Shown here in pieces: positions 17,873 through 27,083 of a stretch of DNA of 64,000 nt. A program made the position numbers and the translations under genes. Origin of the DNA: a virus; IMG/VR virus record IMGVR_UViG_3300013094_000036, positions 8,149 through 72,148 of that record. One strand, written 5' to 3'. How positions within the stretch are numbered: the stretch's first letter is position 1; each line of letters starts with the position of its first letter. The notes under the pieces were generated by a model. The model was not told where the DNA came from. It saw nothing but the letters and a program-made list of their open reading frames with translations, and did not search any database.

Positions 17873-19291
17873 ATGTCACTCACTTTCGCCCAAGCGGCGC
17901 AGGCTACTCCTAATCTATCAACGACTGCAAATGGAATGGTAACATTGGACCATAGTGGTGATCCCTCCACTACTCTGTTCTTTGCCGTTGGTTCTAGCCG
18001 AGGTAAGGATTTAACTGGTGCATTTGCCCGCGCATTCGCAGCAGAGCCAGATGTTGCCATGAAGATTCTCTTCTGGGCACGAGATGCTCGTGAGGGTGCT
18101 GGAGAGCGTGAGATTTTCCGCCAGATTATTCGTAATCTAGAAGTCACGGCTCCTGATAGTCTAGCACGCAACATGTCACTGATTCCGCTGTATGGAAGAT
18201 GGGATGACCTGCTGGTATTCAACTCACCAGCATTTAAAATTTCTGCATATAATTTGATTACTCGTGCTTTACGCGCTGGTAATGGATTGGCAGCCAAATG
18301 GTGCCCACGAAAAGGACCTGTTGCAAATGAGATTCGTAAATATTTAAACTATACTCCTAAACAGTATCGTAAGATGTTGGTGGAACTTACCAGCGTTGTA
18401 GAAACCAAAATGTGTGCCAAGGAGTGGGATGAAATAAATTATAATCATGTGCCAAGTGTAGCAGCAAATCGCTATCAGAAAGCATTTAACAAGCACGATA
18501 GTGCTCGCTATAGCATGTGGAAAGAGGGCTTAAAGACTGGTGCCAGTAAAGTAAATGCCAGTGTGCTTTATCCATATGATGTAGTAAAGGCTGTAGAGTT
18601 TGGTGATCGTGATGTTGCTCTAGCACAATGGGAAGCTTTGCCAGACTATCTTGGTGATGATGCCATCTTACCCATGGTTGATATTAGTGGCAGCATGGGT
18701 TGCCCTGTTGGCGGACAAAAGGGTGTAGGGCTAACCTGCATGGATGTGGCTATCAGCCTTGGACTTTATATCGCTGACAAGCAACAGGGTGCCTTCAAGG
18801 ATATGTGGCTAACCTTCAGCAGGGACAGTCATATTGATGTTTTAAAAGGCAATCTTCTACAGAAAATCAATCAGATTCGCAATAACGGTGGTTTGGACAC
18901 CAACCTAGAAAGTGCTTTCCGAAGCATTCTAAAGGTCGCGGTTGATAATAATGTTGCATCTGAGGATATGCCAAAATATCTGATAGTATTTTCTGATATG
19001 GAGTTCAATCCAGCCTATATGGGTGGCAATTCTGTTGGTGCATTTGAGATGGCACGGCAAATGTTTGCAGCAGCAAATTACTCATGTCCCAAAATTATCT
19101 GGTGGAACCTTAATGCCAGACCAGATGCAACTGGAAATGTGCCGGTTAGATTTGACCAAAATGGCACTGCACTTGTCTCTGGATTCTCTCCATCAATCAT
19201 GAAGAGTATTCTTTCTGGCACTCAATTTACCCCCAGAGGTATTATGCTGGGAACAGTTGGGTCAGAGAGATATAAGGCAATCACTGCTTGA
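17873..19291 (+). CDS. DUF2828-family TROVE/Ro60-like helical + vWA domain protein
   Basis: N-terminal TTANG, ARDAREGAGER, YGRWDDL, AAKWCPR; vWA MIDAS DISGSM and FSDMEF, IIWWNL, LVSGFS. Confidence 0.8.
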   Translation: MSLTFAQAAQATPNLSTTANGMVTLDHSGDPSTTLFFAVGSSRGKDLTGAFARAFAAEPDVAMKILFWARDAREGAGEREIFRQIIRNLEVTAPDSLARNMSLIPLYGRWDDLLVFNSPAFKISAYNLITRALRAGNGLAAKWCPRKGPVANEIRKYLNYTPKQYRKMLVELTSVVETKMCAKEWDEINYNHVPSVAANRYQKAFNKHDSARYSMWKEGLKTGASKVNASVLYPYDVVKAVEFGDRDVALAQWEALPDYLGDDAILPMVDISGSMGCPVGGQKGVGLTCMDVAISLGLYIADKQQGAFKDMWLTFSRDSHIDVLKGNLLQKINQIRNNGGLDTNLESAFRSILKVAVDNNVASEDMPKYLIVFSDMEFNPAYMGGNSVGAFEMARQMFAAANYSCPKIIWWNLNARPDATGNVPVRFDQNGTALVSGFSPSIMKSILSGTQFTPRGIMLGTVGSERYKAITA

Positions 19292-19302
19292 TCGATTTTA
19301 TC

Positions 19303-19332
19303 CACAAGGATGGTGTATTAGCCATCCTTGTC
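19303..19332 (+). terminator. hairpin downstream of the DUF2828 gene
   Basis: ACAAGGATGG...CCATCCTTGT inverted repeat. Confidence 0.55.
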
Positions 19333-19503
19333 AAAATTAAATAAGATATTCAGTGATTTTAGTAGATAAAAAGAATTTATAAAAAATCACTGAATATCAT
19401 ATCGCAGATGCTGTATTCAACACTTGATCAATGAATCATGATAATGTTAGACAATTACTGATTGACCCTGTCGGTGTTCCAGTAATAGGAATAAATACCC
19501 TTT

Positions 19504-19938
19504 ATGGATATGCGTGCAATCATAAACCTTTTAGAGAGTTATAAAAAGGGCGATAAAATTGGTCGCTGGGCTTTTATCTATCTAGAACCAAAGAAAACAA
19601 CTGGTGAAACCTATAACCAATTTGCACAATGTAGCACATGTGACCTGTTTCTCCCTGGAAAAAAACGCTGTGGTATTTTTGGCAAAAATGATGTAGTTGT
19701 TGCCAATGCCAGTTGTGGACTGTATATTCAAGGACAACCACATGACGATCAGCCTATTCAAGATGTTGTAACACCAGATGAGGCCGGTTATGTTATAGGT
19801 CAAGTACGGTGCGAAAATTGCAGTTGGTATAAAAAAGGCAAATGTGAACTTTTTGCAATGTTAGATGATAAAATGTCTGACACATTTAAACTTGGTGCAG
19901 ATGTTGACCCCAAAGGATGCTGCAACGCATGGAGTTGA
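19504..19938 (+). CDS. Cys-rich protein with two HiPIP-like repeats
   Basis: CSTCDLF..C..F..V...SCGLY and CENCSWY..CELF..V..GCCNAW. Confidence 0.55.
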   Translation: MDMRAIINLLESYKKGDKIGRWAFIYLEPKKTTGETYNQFAQCSTCDLFLPGKKRCGIFGKNDVVVANASCGLYIQGQPHDDQPIQDVVTPDEAGYVIGQVRCENCSWYKKGKCELFAMLDDKMSDTFKLGADVDPKGCCNAWS

Positions 19939-19969
19939 ACTGGGTAAGTTTCCCTACCCAGTTTTACTA

Positions 19970-20161
19970 TCACTTCTTAGAAAAAGTGGAAACAAAAAGA
20001 TCAGAGAAATTTTTTGCTGGTGAAATCTCATACAATTTCTTGTTCAAGGCTACGAAATCCTTGAGCAGGGCTGTTTGTAACTCATATGTCTTTTTAGTAG
20101 CTGTTGTTGCATAGTCCAAAACAGCGTCGTTAATTTCTTTAATTCCAGTATTATCAAACAT
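19970..20161 (-). CDS. small helical protein (phasin-like?)
   Basis: GGAG SD; amphipathic 63 aa; downstream of the DUF3563-like gene. Confidence 0.5.
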   Translation of the reverse strand: MFDNTGIKEINDAVLDYATTATKKTYELQTALLKDFVALNKKLYEISPAKNFSDLFVSTFSKK

Positions 20162-20175
20162 TTAGATGCTCCGTG

Positions 20176-20334
20176 TTAATTTGAAAAAAAATTATGCTTT
20201 GGTGAATTGAGAGCATGTAATTTATGCTCCAGTTCAATGATATCTGCACTGTCAGCAAGCCACCGTTCTTCGGGACTCATACTCCAGTTTTTCCACAATT
20301 TCTGCAATTTTTGTATAATAACTTGCAATAACAT
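20176..20334 (-). CDS. DUF3563-like small protein
   Basis: ERWLADSADIIELEHKL motif; GGAG SD before ATG 20334. Confidence 0.6.
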   Translation of the reverse strand: MLLQVIIQKLQKLWKNWSMSPEERWLADSADIIELEHKLHALNSPKHNFFSN

Positions 20335-20372
20335 TTTTTGGTCTCCATTCATATATACATTATTTACGAATT

Positions 20373-20393
20373 TTATGTTGCAGTGCAACATAA
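20373..20393. promoter_or_regulatory. perfect palindrome, PhaR/AniA-like operator
   Basis: TTATGTTGCA-G-TGCAACATAA with a TGC-N3-GCA core. Confidence 0.5.
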
Positions 20394-20425
20394 CTTAATG
20401 CATATCTGATATGCAATCTGCTTAA

Positions 20426-20818
20426 CTATCTTTTACTATATAGATATACCATATAGGCACCCGCACTGCCACGACTATCTACAATAGGTTCAATCTTTCT
20501 AACACATGGTATATTCTCTACCCAAAATGGCAGTTCTTCCGCTATTTTACCGCTTTTGCCACTGATAATGACAAAACTTTTACTGCCATTAATACGATGT
20601 TCGTCAACAAACAATTTGGTAGCATTAAATGCCTGTTGAACAGTCATTCCATGTAAGTCCAGAGAAAACTTTAGAGAATAATCTTGACCTTTTTTTGATT
20701 GAAATCTAGTTTCTGGTTTGCTCCAGACATCTTGTATATAACTATTCCATACTCTGATGTCATCATCACTTAATTGTTCATCTTGTGTTACATGCATGGG
20801 GTTGTTACAGTTATTCAT
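20426..20818 (-). CDS. Smr/MutS2 C-terminal domain protein
   Basis: LDLHGMTVQQA, IISGKSG and GSAGAYMVYL motifs. Confidence 0.85.
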   Translation of the reverse strand: MNNCNNPMHVTQDEQLSDDDIRVWNSYIQDVWSKPETRFQSKKGQDYSLKFSLDLHGMTVQQAFNATKLFVDEHRINGSKSFVIISGKSGKIAEELPFWVENIPCVRKIEPIVDSRGSAGAYMVYLYSKR

Positions 20819-21143
20819 GGTAAATTCTCTTATATCAAAGTGTAGACTCACTATAGATAATACTCTATTTCTCAAAAACGGACAAGTTTTTCTTGACTTT
20901 TATAAAAATATAGATTATCTTTTATAAGTAATATCCAAGGGCATATTAAAAGGAGAAGCCTAGCCCACTTTTAGGTTAAGAGCACACTTAAAAATTTTAA
21001 GTGCTTTGTAAATAACCGTCTACGCCAACCTCATAAATTGTGGCGTTTTGGTAGATAAAATGGTTTATCTATCAATAACTTAGAAATATAGTTTGACAAT
21101 ACTGCTTCTAAGTTCTATAAACAATGAAGGAGAAAACGACGTA

Positions 21144-21773
21144 ATGTATATCAATTTAAAAAAACTGTGCGCTTTTTGGTTGGGATGCACGATACTTGCA
21201 GGATGCAATCCAGTGCAAGCATCGCCGACATCAGATGCTGCACAGTTTAAAGAATCCTATACATTAGTTACTGACCCAGAGACTGGTGTTCGGGACGACT
21301 ATCGCAGCATTCCAGAATTACAACGTTTGCTACCTTTGGATATCAAGGAGGCAAGCGATATGTTATATGAAGACCGACGCGAAATCGAATGTCTGGCGTG
21401 GAATCTATATTTTGAAATCAGAGGTGGCAAGCCCAATGAGCAGATTGCTATTGCTTATGTTCCAATAAATCGTATCGGCAAAAGCGAGTTTGCTTCTTCA
21501 GTGTGTGCCAATGTGTTCCAATATCACATGGTTAACGGCAAAATCAAACACCAGTTCAGTTGGGTTGGGCGAAAATTCGGCAAATCTTTCAAGATAGAAC
21601 CAGATTCCTGGCAAAAAATGCAGCAACTGGCTATCCAGGTTTGGAATAAAAAATTAAAAGATACTGGCAGAGGTTCAACATATTTTCACAGTGTCAATGT
21701 TGGTCCTCAATGGGCTAATAACACAATAAAGTTCACTCTTGGTTCTCATATATTTTGGAAAGAAGTTAAGTAG
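21144..21773 (+). CDS. SleB/CwlJ-like cell wall hydrolase (Hydrolase_2)
   Basis: CLAWNLYFEIRG, INR, QFSW, TYFH and GSHIFW motifs; LAGC lipobox. Confidence 0.85.
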   Translation: MYINLKKLCAFWLGCTILAGCNPVQASPTSDAAQFKESYTLVTDPETGVRDDYRSIPELQRLLPLDIKEASDMLYEDRREIECLAWNLYFEIRGGKPNEQIAIAYVPINRIGKSEFASSVCANVFQYHMVNGKIKHQFSWVGRKFGKSFKIEPDSWQKMQQLAIQVWNKKLKDTGRGSTYFHSVNVGPQWANNTIKFTLGSHIFWKEVK

Positions 21774-21843
21774 AGTCTAATATTTTTTAGGTTTTTCTGC
21801 CTGCAACATAAATAATCAACATATTGCAGGCAGAGGAATACCT

Positions 21844-22998
21844 ATGACTTATTCGTTTAATACAACTTATTTTCAAATCACCTATAACAACACAACACCA
21901 AATGATTATTCAGCATTAACTGGTAACCAGGCAGGTGGACTCGACAGCCAAACTGCATGGAACATACAGAGCATTGTAAAAACAACTGGTGGCAGCAGTG
22001 TCAGTGGAACACCATTTGATAATGGTAGTACTATCCTAATTAATGGTTATACCGTGACATTCAGCAATGGCGACAATCTTGCAAGTGCAATAGACAAAAT
22101 AAATCTTTTGACTAAATTTACAGGTGTGTATGCTGATCAAAGTGTGGCATCTGGGTATATTACCCTACAAAATGCACCAGGATTTGAAGGGCAACCATTT
22201 TATCTAAAGGAGGGTAATGGCACTGCTCTGGCAACACTGGGCCTTGATAACCCAGGTTATTACCCAACTGGGCAATATCAAAACACACCAAGTGTAATAG
22301 GGAATTCTTTTTCAAATGTGACCAAAGATTCATATGTTAACATAAACAATGTCAAAATAATATTTACTGCTGGCAATCTTCAAAGTGCAGCTTCTCAGAT
22401 TAATGCCTACACCCCTGAGACTGGCGTAACTGCTGAAGTTGCCGGACCATATCTACAGTTAGAGTCGAATGGTTTTTCTCAACCTATATCAATAAACAAC
22501 GGCAATGCAACTTCCAATCTTGGGTTTCCTGTTGGAGTATATACAGGACCTATCAGTAATATAACTCTCAGTGAAGACAAAGAACGCGCAAATATGCGTT
22601 GGTTCCAAGTTGTTAGCCAGTTAGAATCAACTGCGACACCAAGTTTCTTTGGCAACATAAATCGGGTTGGTGCTGTTGGCAATGCTGCTCTGAACAGCAT
22701 TACATGGACTGTTGGTTATGAATGTTATTCAGCGTTATCTACAGCGGCATTGGTATGTGAACCAGATTATGGAACTACATTTACTGGCACTGAAGCAATT
22801 CAGCGTTTTGTCGCCAGAGGACTGGTTAACACATGGAACAGCAACAGAAAACTGTTTGCCCCATGCGTAAGTCAAGCAAGTGGCACTGCCTGGTTTAGCA
22901 ATCCCGGTAGAATTACAAATATCACGGCACAAGGCATTGATAGCAACGTTCAGGTTATCAGCAATAATATAGTCATCACCCAGATTCCTGGAGTATAG
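21844..22998 (+). CDS. putative virion structural protein (beta-rich)
   Basis: Late TAAATA promoter; N/T/G/S-rich with two internal repeats. Confidence 0.6.
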   Translation: MTYSFNTTYFQITYNNTTPNDYSALTGNQAGGLDSQTAWNIQSIVKTTGGSSVSGTPFDNGSTILINGYTVTFSNGDNLASAIDKINLLTKFTGVYADQSVASGYITLQNAPGFEGQPFYLKEGNGTALATLGLDNPGYYPTGQYQNTPSVIGNSFSNVTKDSYVNINNVKIIFTAGNLQSAASQINAYTPETGVTAEVAGPYLQLESNGFSQPISINNGNATSNLGFPVGVYTGPISNITLSEDKERANMRWFQVVSQLESTATPSFFGNINRVGAVGNAALNSITWTVGYECYSALSTAALVCEPDYGTTFTGTEAIQRFVARGLVNTWNSNRKLFAPCVSQASGTAWFSNPGRITNITAQGIDSNVQVISNNIVITQIPGV

Positions 22999-23039
22999 TA
23001 AATTAGTTATTCATTTAATAGTTGTAAAAAGACAGAAAA

Positions 23040-24272
23040 ATGAATTATTCTCGTTTTATGATATTTGTGGCGTTAACGATATCTGTTGTAGCAGAATATT
23101 TTAGTATTGTCGGATTAATGGCAATTTTTTCTGCTGCAGCATTGCCCGTCGCAGTTATGGGAATATCTCTGGCACTCGGCAAACTAACTATATCTGTTTG
23201 GCTAAAGACAAACTGGAAACGATGCCCGATAATCTATAAATTTTATTTAATTCCGGCTATAATATTTCTAATGTTACTAACTTCTATCGGTTGTATTGGA
23301 TACCTTTCCAAGGCCCATAATGACCATTATTTGGTAAGCAGCGGTGTGCAAAGTAAACTCGCCATTTATGATGAAAAAATCCGTGTAGCAAGAGAAAACA
23401 TTGATTCTGACCGCAAGCAACTCAAACAAATGGATGATGCAGTGGAACAAATATTGGTCCGTAGTTCCACAGAAGCAGGTGCAACAAGAGCCACTGCGTT
23501 GCGTAAATCTCAACAACAGGATCACACTGCCTTAACTAAAGATATTGAAACGCAACAAAGTATCATTCAACATCTTAATGAGGAGGCGGCACCAATTCGC
23601 GATGAAAATCGTAAAGTGGAAGCAGAAGTTGGTCCCATCAAGTATATTGCTGAATTTTTCGCCGATGGCCAAACAATTGATATAGATAAATCTGTTCGCT
23701 GGATGATTATTATGATTGTATTGGTATTTGACCCATTGGCTATTCTCATGCTTATAGCAGCAAATATAAGTTATGCTAAAGAACAAACAACGTTGTCTTC
23801 TACACAGGAAAACAACTTTACAACACCAGGATTAAACCAATCCATGCCAATAGTTGGACAAACAATCTATAACCCAGAAAGCAATTCAACTGTGTGGTGG
23901 ACAGGAAAAGAATGGGCTGCCATGCCAACACCTGTCAAAGAAATCACAGATATACAGGATAAAATTATAATAAAACCCGAGATAAAGGTTTATCCACCAA
24001 GTATTGACACAGATATTATCAAATCCGTGGTAACTTCATCGATGGACAATTGGCTAGATACTGCCAGTTACCCTGCAACTGCCGCAGACAATGACCCACC
24101 AGAATCTGCATTATCAGATATCGATTCTGAACCTGTTGTAGAAATTAAAAGTGAAGAATCTGTTAAAAAACCAGTGGACGAATCTTTGCAGAGCAGTTAT
24201 ACTAGTGTTGATGAGACATATCATCCTCCAGAACACTTTAAACCAACCCATATAACTTACGGTAGGCGTTAA
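23040..24272 (+). CDS. membrane protein with coiled coil (conserved in T4-like phages)
   Basis: N-terminal TM helices; GYLSKAH, EVGPIKYIAE and VFDPLAI motifs. Confidence 0.7.
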   Translation: MNYSRFMIFVALTISVVAEYFSIVGLMAIFSAAALPVAVMGISLALGKLTISVWLKTNWKRCPIIYKFYLIPAIIFLMLLTSIGCIGYLSKAHNDHYLVSSGVQSKLAIYDEKIRVARENIDSDRKQLKQMDDAVEQILVRSSTEAGATRATALRKSQQQDHTALTKDIETQQSIIQHLNEEAAPIRDENRKVEAEVGPIKYIAEFFADGQTIDIDKSVRWMIIMIVLVFDPLAILMLIAANISYAKEQTTLSSTQENNFTTPGLNQSMPIVGQTIYNPESNSTVWWTGKEWAAMPTPVKEITDIQDKIIIKPEIKVYPPSIDTDIIKSVVTSSMDNWLDTASYPATAADNDPPESALSDIDSEPVVEIKSEESVKKPVDESLQSSYTSVDETYHPPEHFKPTHITYGRR

Positions 24273-24274
24273 TA

Positions 24275-25519
24275 ATGACTGCAACAAAAGAATATCATCG
24301 CTGTAGTTTCTGTGAAAAGAATCAACAGCAAGTTAAAAAGCTTATAGCAGGAAATGATGTTTACATTTGTGATGAATGTGTAACTTTATGCTTTAGTATT
24401 TTAAAAAAGGAAGTTCCCAAAAATCTACCAGATGACTCTATCACACCTGCAAAAGTAAAAGAACGTTTAGACGAGCACGTTGTGGGACAAGATATTGCCA
24501 AAAGAACTTTGGCAGTTGCAATTTACAACCATATCAAGCGGATTAATAATCCAGAAATTGATGGTGTTACTATAGATAAAAGCAACATGCTTTTTATTGG
24601 TGGCTCTGGAACTGGCAAAACCTATACCATTCAGAATGTTGCGAAAATTCTTGATGTGCCATTCAGTATTGTTGATGCAACAAGCTTAACAGAAAGTGGT
24701 TATGTTGGTCTTGATGTTGAAGATGCTATTGCCAAATTATATCATGCAGCAGACCAAGATGTAGCAAAAACTGAACGTGGTATTGTTTATATTGATGAGA
24801 TTGATAAAAAAGGCCGCAAAGGCGAAAATGTCTCAATTACTAGAGATGTAAGCGGCGAAGGTGTTCAACAGGCTTTGCTTAAAATGATTGAGGGCTGTGA
24901 AGTAAAAATTCCACCACAAGGTGGTCGAAAAAATCCAAATGGAGACTTTGTAACAATTAACACTAAAAATATTCTTTTTATTGTTGGTGGGTCGTTTGAA
25001 GGTCTTGACAAAATCATAGAAATCCGTCAAAATCACAATAATACAGGAATTGGATTTGGTTCAGTTGTTAAAGAACAAACAACAAAAATCAATAACTATG
25101 AACTTATCAAGCAGGTCAGAAGTGATGATCTTGTTAAGTTTGGAGTTATTCCTGAATTGATTGGTCGTCTTCCCATCGTTGTAACATTTGAAGACTTGAA
25201 TGAAGAATCTTTGGTAAAAATTCTGACTGAACCAAAAAATGCTATTATCAAGCAATTTCAAAAGATGTTTGAACTAGATAATATTATTTTGGAGTTCACA
25301 CCAGAAAGTTTAAAAGCAATTGCCTGTGAAGCAATTTTGCGGAAAACTGGTGCCAGAGGTCTTCGTAGTATTGTTGAACAAATTTTGCTTGGTGTTCAAT
25401 TTGAATTGCCAACGCTTTTTAAATCTGGTGTTAAAAAAATCTGTATAACAAAGGAAACAGTTGAAAATATGAATGAACCTTTACGTGTCTATGCAAACGA
25501 TCAGGATGTTGTATCTTGA
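24275..25519 (+). CDS. clpX: ATP-dependent Clp protease ATP-binding subunit ClpX
   Basis: CSFC...ICDEC zinc finger, GSGTGKT, GYVG, DEIDK, RDVSGEGVQQ, IGF loop and TGARGLR motifs. Confidence 0.97.
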   Translation: MTATKEYHRCSFCEKNQQQVKKLIAGNDVYICDECVTLCFSILKKEVPKNLPDDSITPAKVKERLDEHVVGQDIAKRTLAVAIYNHIKRINNPEIDGVTIDKSNMLFIGGSGTGKTYTIQNVAKILDVPFSIVDATSLTESGYVGLDVEDAIAKLYHAADQDVAKTERGIVYIDEIDKKGRKGENVSITRDVSGEGVQQALLKMIEGCEVKIPPQGGRKNPNGDFVTINTKNILFIVGGSFEGLDKIIEIRQNHNNTGIGFGSVVKEQTTKINNYELIKQVRSDDLVKFGVIPELIGRLPIVVTFEDLNEESLVKILTEPKNAIIKQFQKMFELDNIILEFTPESLKAIACEAILRKTGARGLRSIVEQILLGVQFELPTLFKSGVKKICITKETVENMNEPLRVYANDQDVVS

Positions 25520-26094
25520 GCGGAACTTTTCAAAATAATCGGTCAAATAACAGGCGTCCTGTTGATCCAATAAAATCAACTCTGGTTTACAATGATGCAA
25601 TTAGACACCCACAGGTGCGATTACTAGACATTGATGGCAACCAGGTTGGGCTTGTATCTAGCAGAGAGGCACTTACACAGGCTAGAAATGAAGGGTTGGA
25701 TTTAATTGAAATAAATCGTTCTGCTAACCCTCCCGTGGTACGCATTGTTGATCTTAACAAGTGGGTTTACAAGTTAAAGCAGGAACAAAAACTTAAAGAA
25801 AAGAAAGCCCGCGAAAATACTATTGTGATCAAAGAGATTCAACTTCGACCTGTTACTGATAAACACGATATCGCAGTCAAGCAGGAACATGCAAGAGAGT
25901 TTCTTGCCGACAACAACAAGGTAAAAGTTGTAATAAAATTTCGGGGTAGAGAAATGACATTCCGTGAGTTAGGGTTTGAAGTCATGGAAAAATTTATTAA
26001 AGGCTTAGACGCTTATAAAGTGGAAAAATCACCTGAAATGATAGGTAGAAGCATTTCTGCGATATTGGCACCTGCCAAAAAAATTGACCCGTAA
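25516..26094 (+). CDS. infC: translation initiation factor IF-3
   Basis: VRLLD..G, GLDLIEI, PPVVRIVD, KEIQLRP, KVKVVIKFRGRE; TTG start. Confidence 0.93.
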   Translation: MSGTFQNNRSNNRRPVDPIKSTLVYNDAIRHPQVRLLDIDGNQVGLVSSREALTQARNEGLDLIEINRSANPPVVRIVDLNKWVYKLKQEQKLKEKKARENTIVIKEIQLRPVTDKHDIAVKQEHAREFLADNNKVKVVIKFRGREMTFRELGFEVMEKFIKGLDAYKVEKSPEMIGRSISAILAPAKKIDP

Positions 26095-26143
26095 TCTAAT
26101 AAATGTTTATAATTATTTTGTCTATAGTAGAAGGAAAAATTTA

Positions 26144-26455
26144 ATGGACAGTGATGAATTCGTGCTTCGTAAAAAGGGCATGTCTGTCAAAGTTTACAAC
26201 AATAATATCGAAGGCGCTATTGTGCAACTAAAACGTCGTATGAATAGTGAAGGTATTAACAAAGAGTTGCGAAAGCGCAAACACTATGTACCACCAAGTA
26301 TTACTCGTCGTCAAAAACTTGCTGAAGCAAAACTTCGATGGAAGAAAAAACATGCTCAAATCATGGAACTTGAATTGCCCAAAAAGAAAAAGACAAAAAA
26401 AGAGTTGAAAACTGTAAATCGTTCTCCAATCAATAATGTTGAAAATCAGTCTTGA
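26144..26455 (+). CDS. rpsU: ribosomal protein bS21 homolog
   Basis: VKVYNNNIEGAIVQLKRRM...ELRKRKHYVPPS; AAGGA SD before ATG 26144. Confidence 0.85.
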   Translation: MDSDEFVLRKKGMSVKVYNNNIEGAIVQLKRRMNSEGINKELRKRKHYVPPSITRRQKLAEAKLRWKKKHAQIMELELPKKKKTKKELKTVNRSPINNVENQS

Positions 26456-26486
26456 CATATGCAGAAATTCGCATTATAAATACTAT

Positions 26487-26549
26487 TGAAGATGCCTAAT
26501 AAGGGTCTTCAGTCTAAAACAAACTTTGCTTTTAAAGGAGGTAAAAATG
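26487..26549 (+). promoter_or_regulatory. ROSE-like RNA thermometer leader of hsp20
   Basis: GAAGA/TCTTC hairpin, then CTTTGCT-TTTAA-AGGAGG pairing over the SD. Confidence 0.6.
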
Positions 26550-27038
26550 AGAAACATTACACTTACATCACCATTTGACGAACTTTTTCGCGATTTCAAC
26601 CGTTTCGCAGTTGGATTCGAACCCACCTTTCGTATGTTAGATCAGGTTCGGACCACCCAAAATAGTGGATATCCTCCATATGATCTGGAGTCATGCGGCG
26701 AAAATACCTACAAGCTGAGTATGGCTGTGGCAGGTTTTACTGCTGATGATCTAGACATTACTCTACAAGATGGAGTTTTGACTATCGAGGGTCGCGTAAA
26801 TCAGGATGAAACTCGCACTTTCCTGCACAAAGGGATTGCCGGTCGTAGTTTCCGTCGTACTTTTTATCTAAATGCCTGGGTTCAGGTTACGGGTAGCAAT
26901 CTTACCGATGGAATTCTGACTGTTGATTTTGTACAGGAAATTCCAGAAAGCCTTAAACCTCGTAAAATTTCAATTGGCAATAGCCAAGAAGAGGTAAAAG
27001 TGCTTGACGCCAAGACTTCTAAGAAGTCAGCCGCTTGA
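26547..27038 (+). CDS. small heat shock protein (Hsp20/IbpA family)
   Basis: YPPYD, AVAGF, LHKGIAGRSF, DGIL and PESLKPRKISI motifs. Confidence 0.95.
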   Translation: MRNITLTSPFDELFRDFNRFAVGFEPTFRMLDQVRTTQNSGYPPYDLESCGENTYKLSMAVAGFTADDLDITLQDGVLTIEGRVNQDETRTFLHKGIAGRSFRRTFYLNAWVQVTGSNLTDGILTVDFVQEIPESLKPRKISIGNSQEEVKVLDAKTSKKSAA

Positions 27039-27083
27039 CATATTACATAGAATTATGTAATATATAAAAAAGGAAAGAATCGC

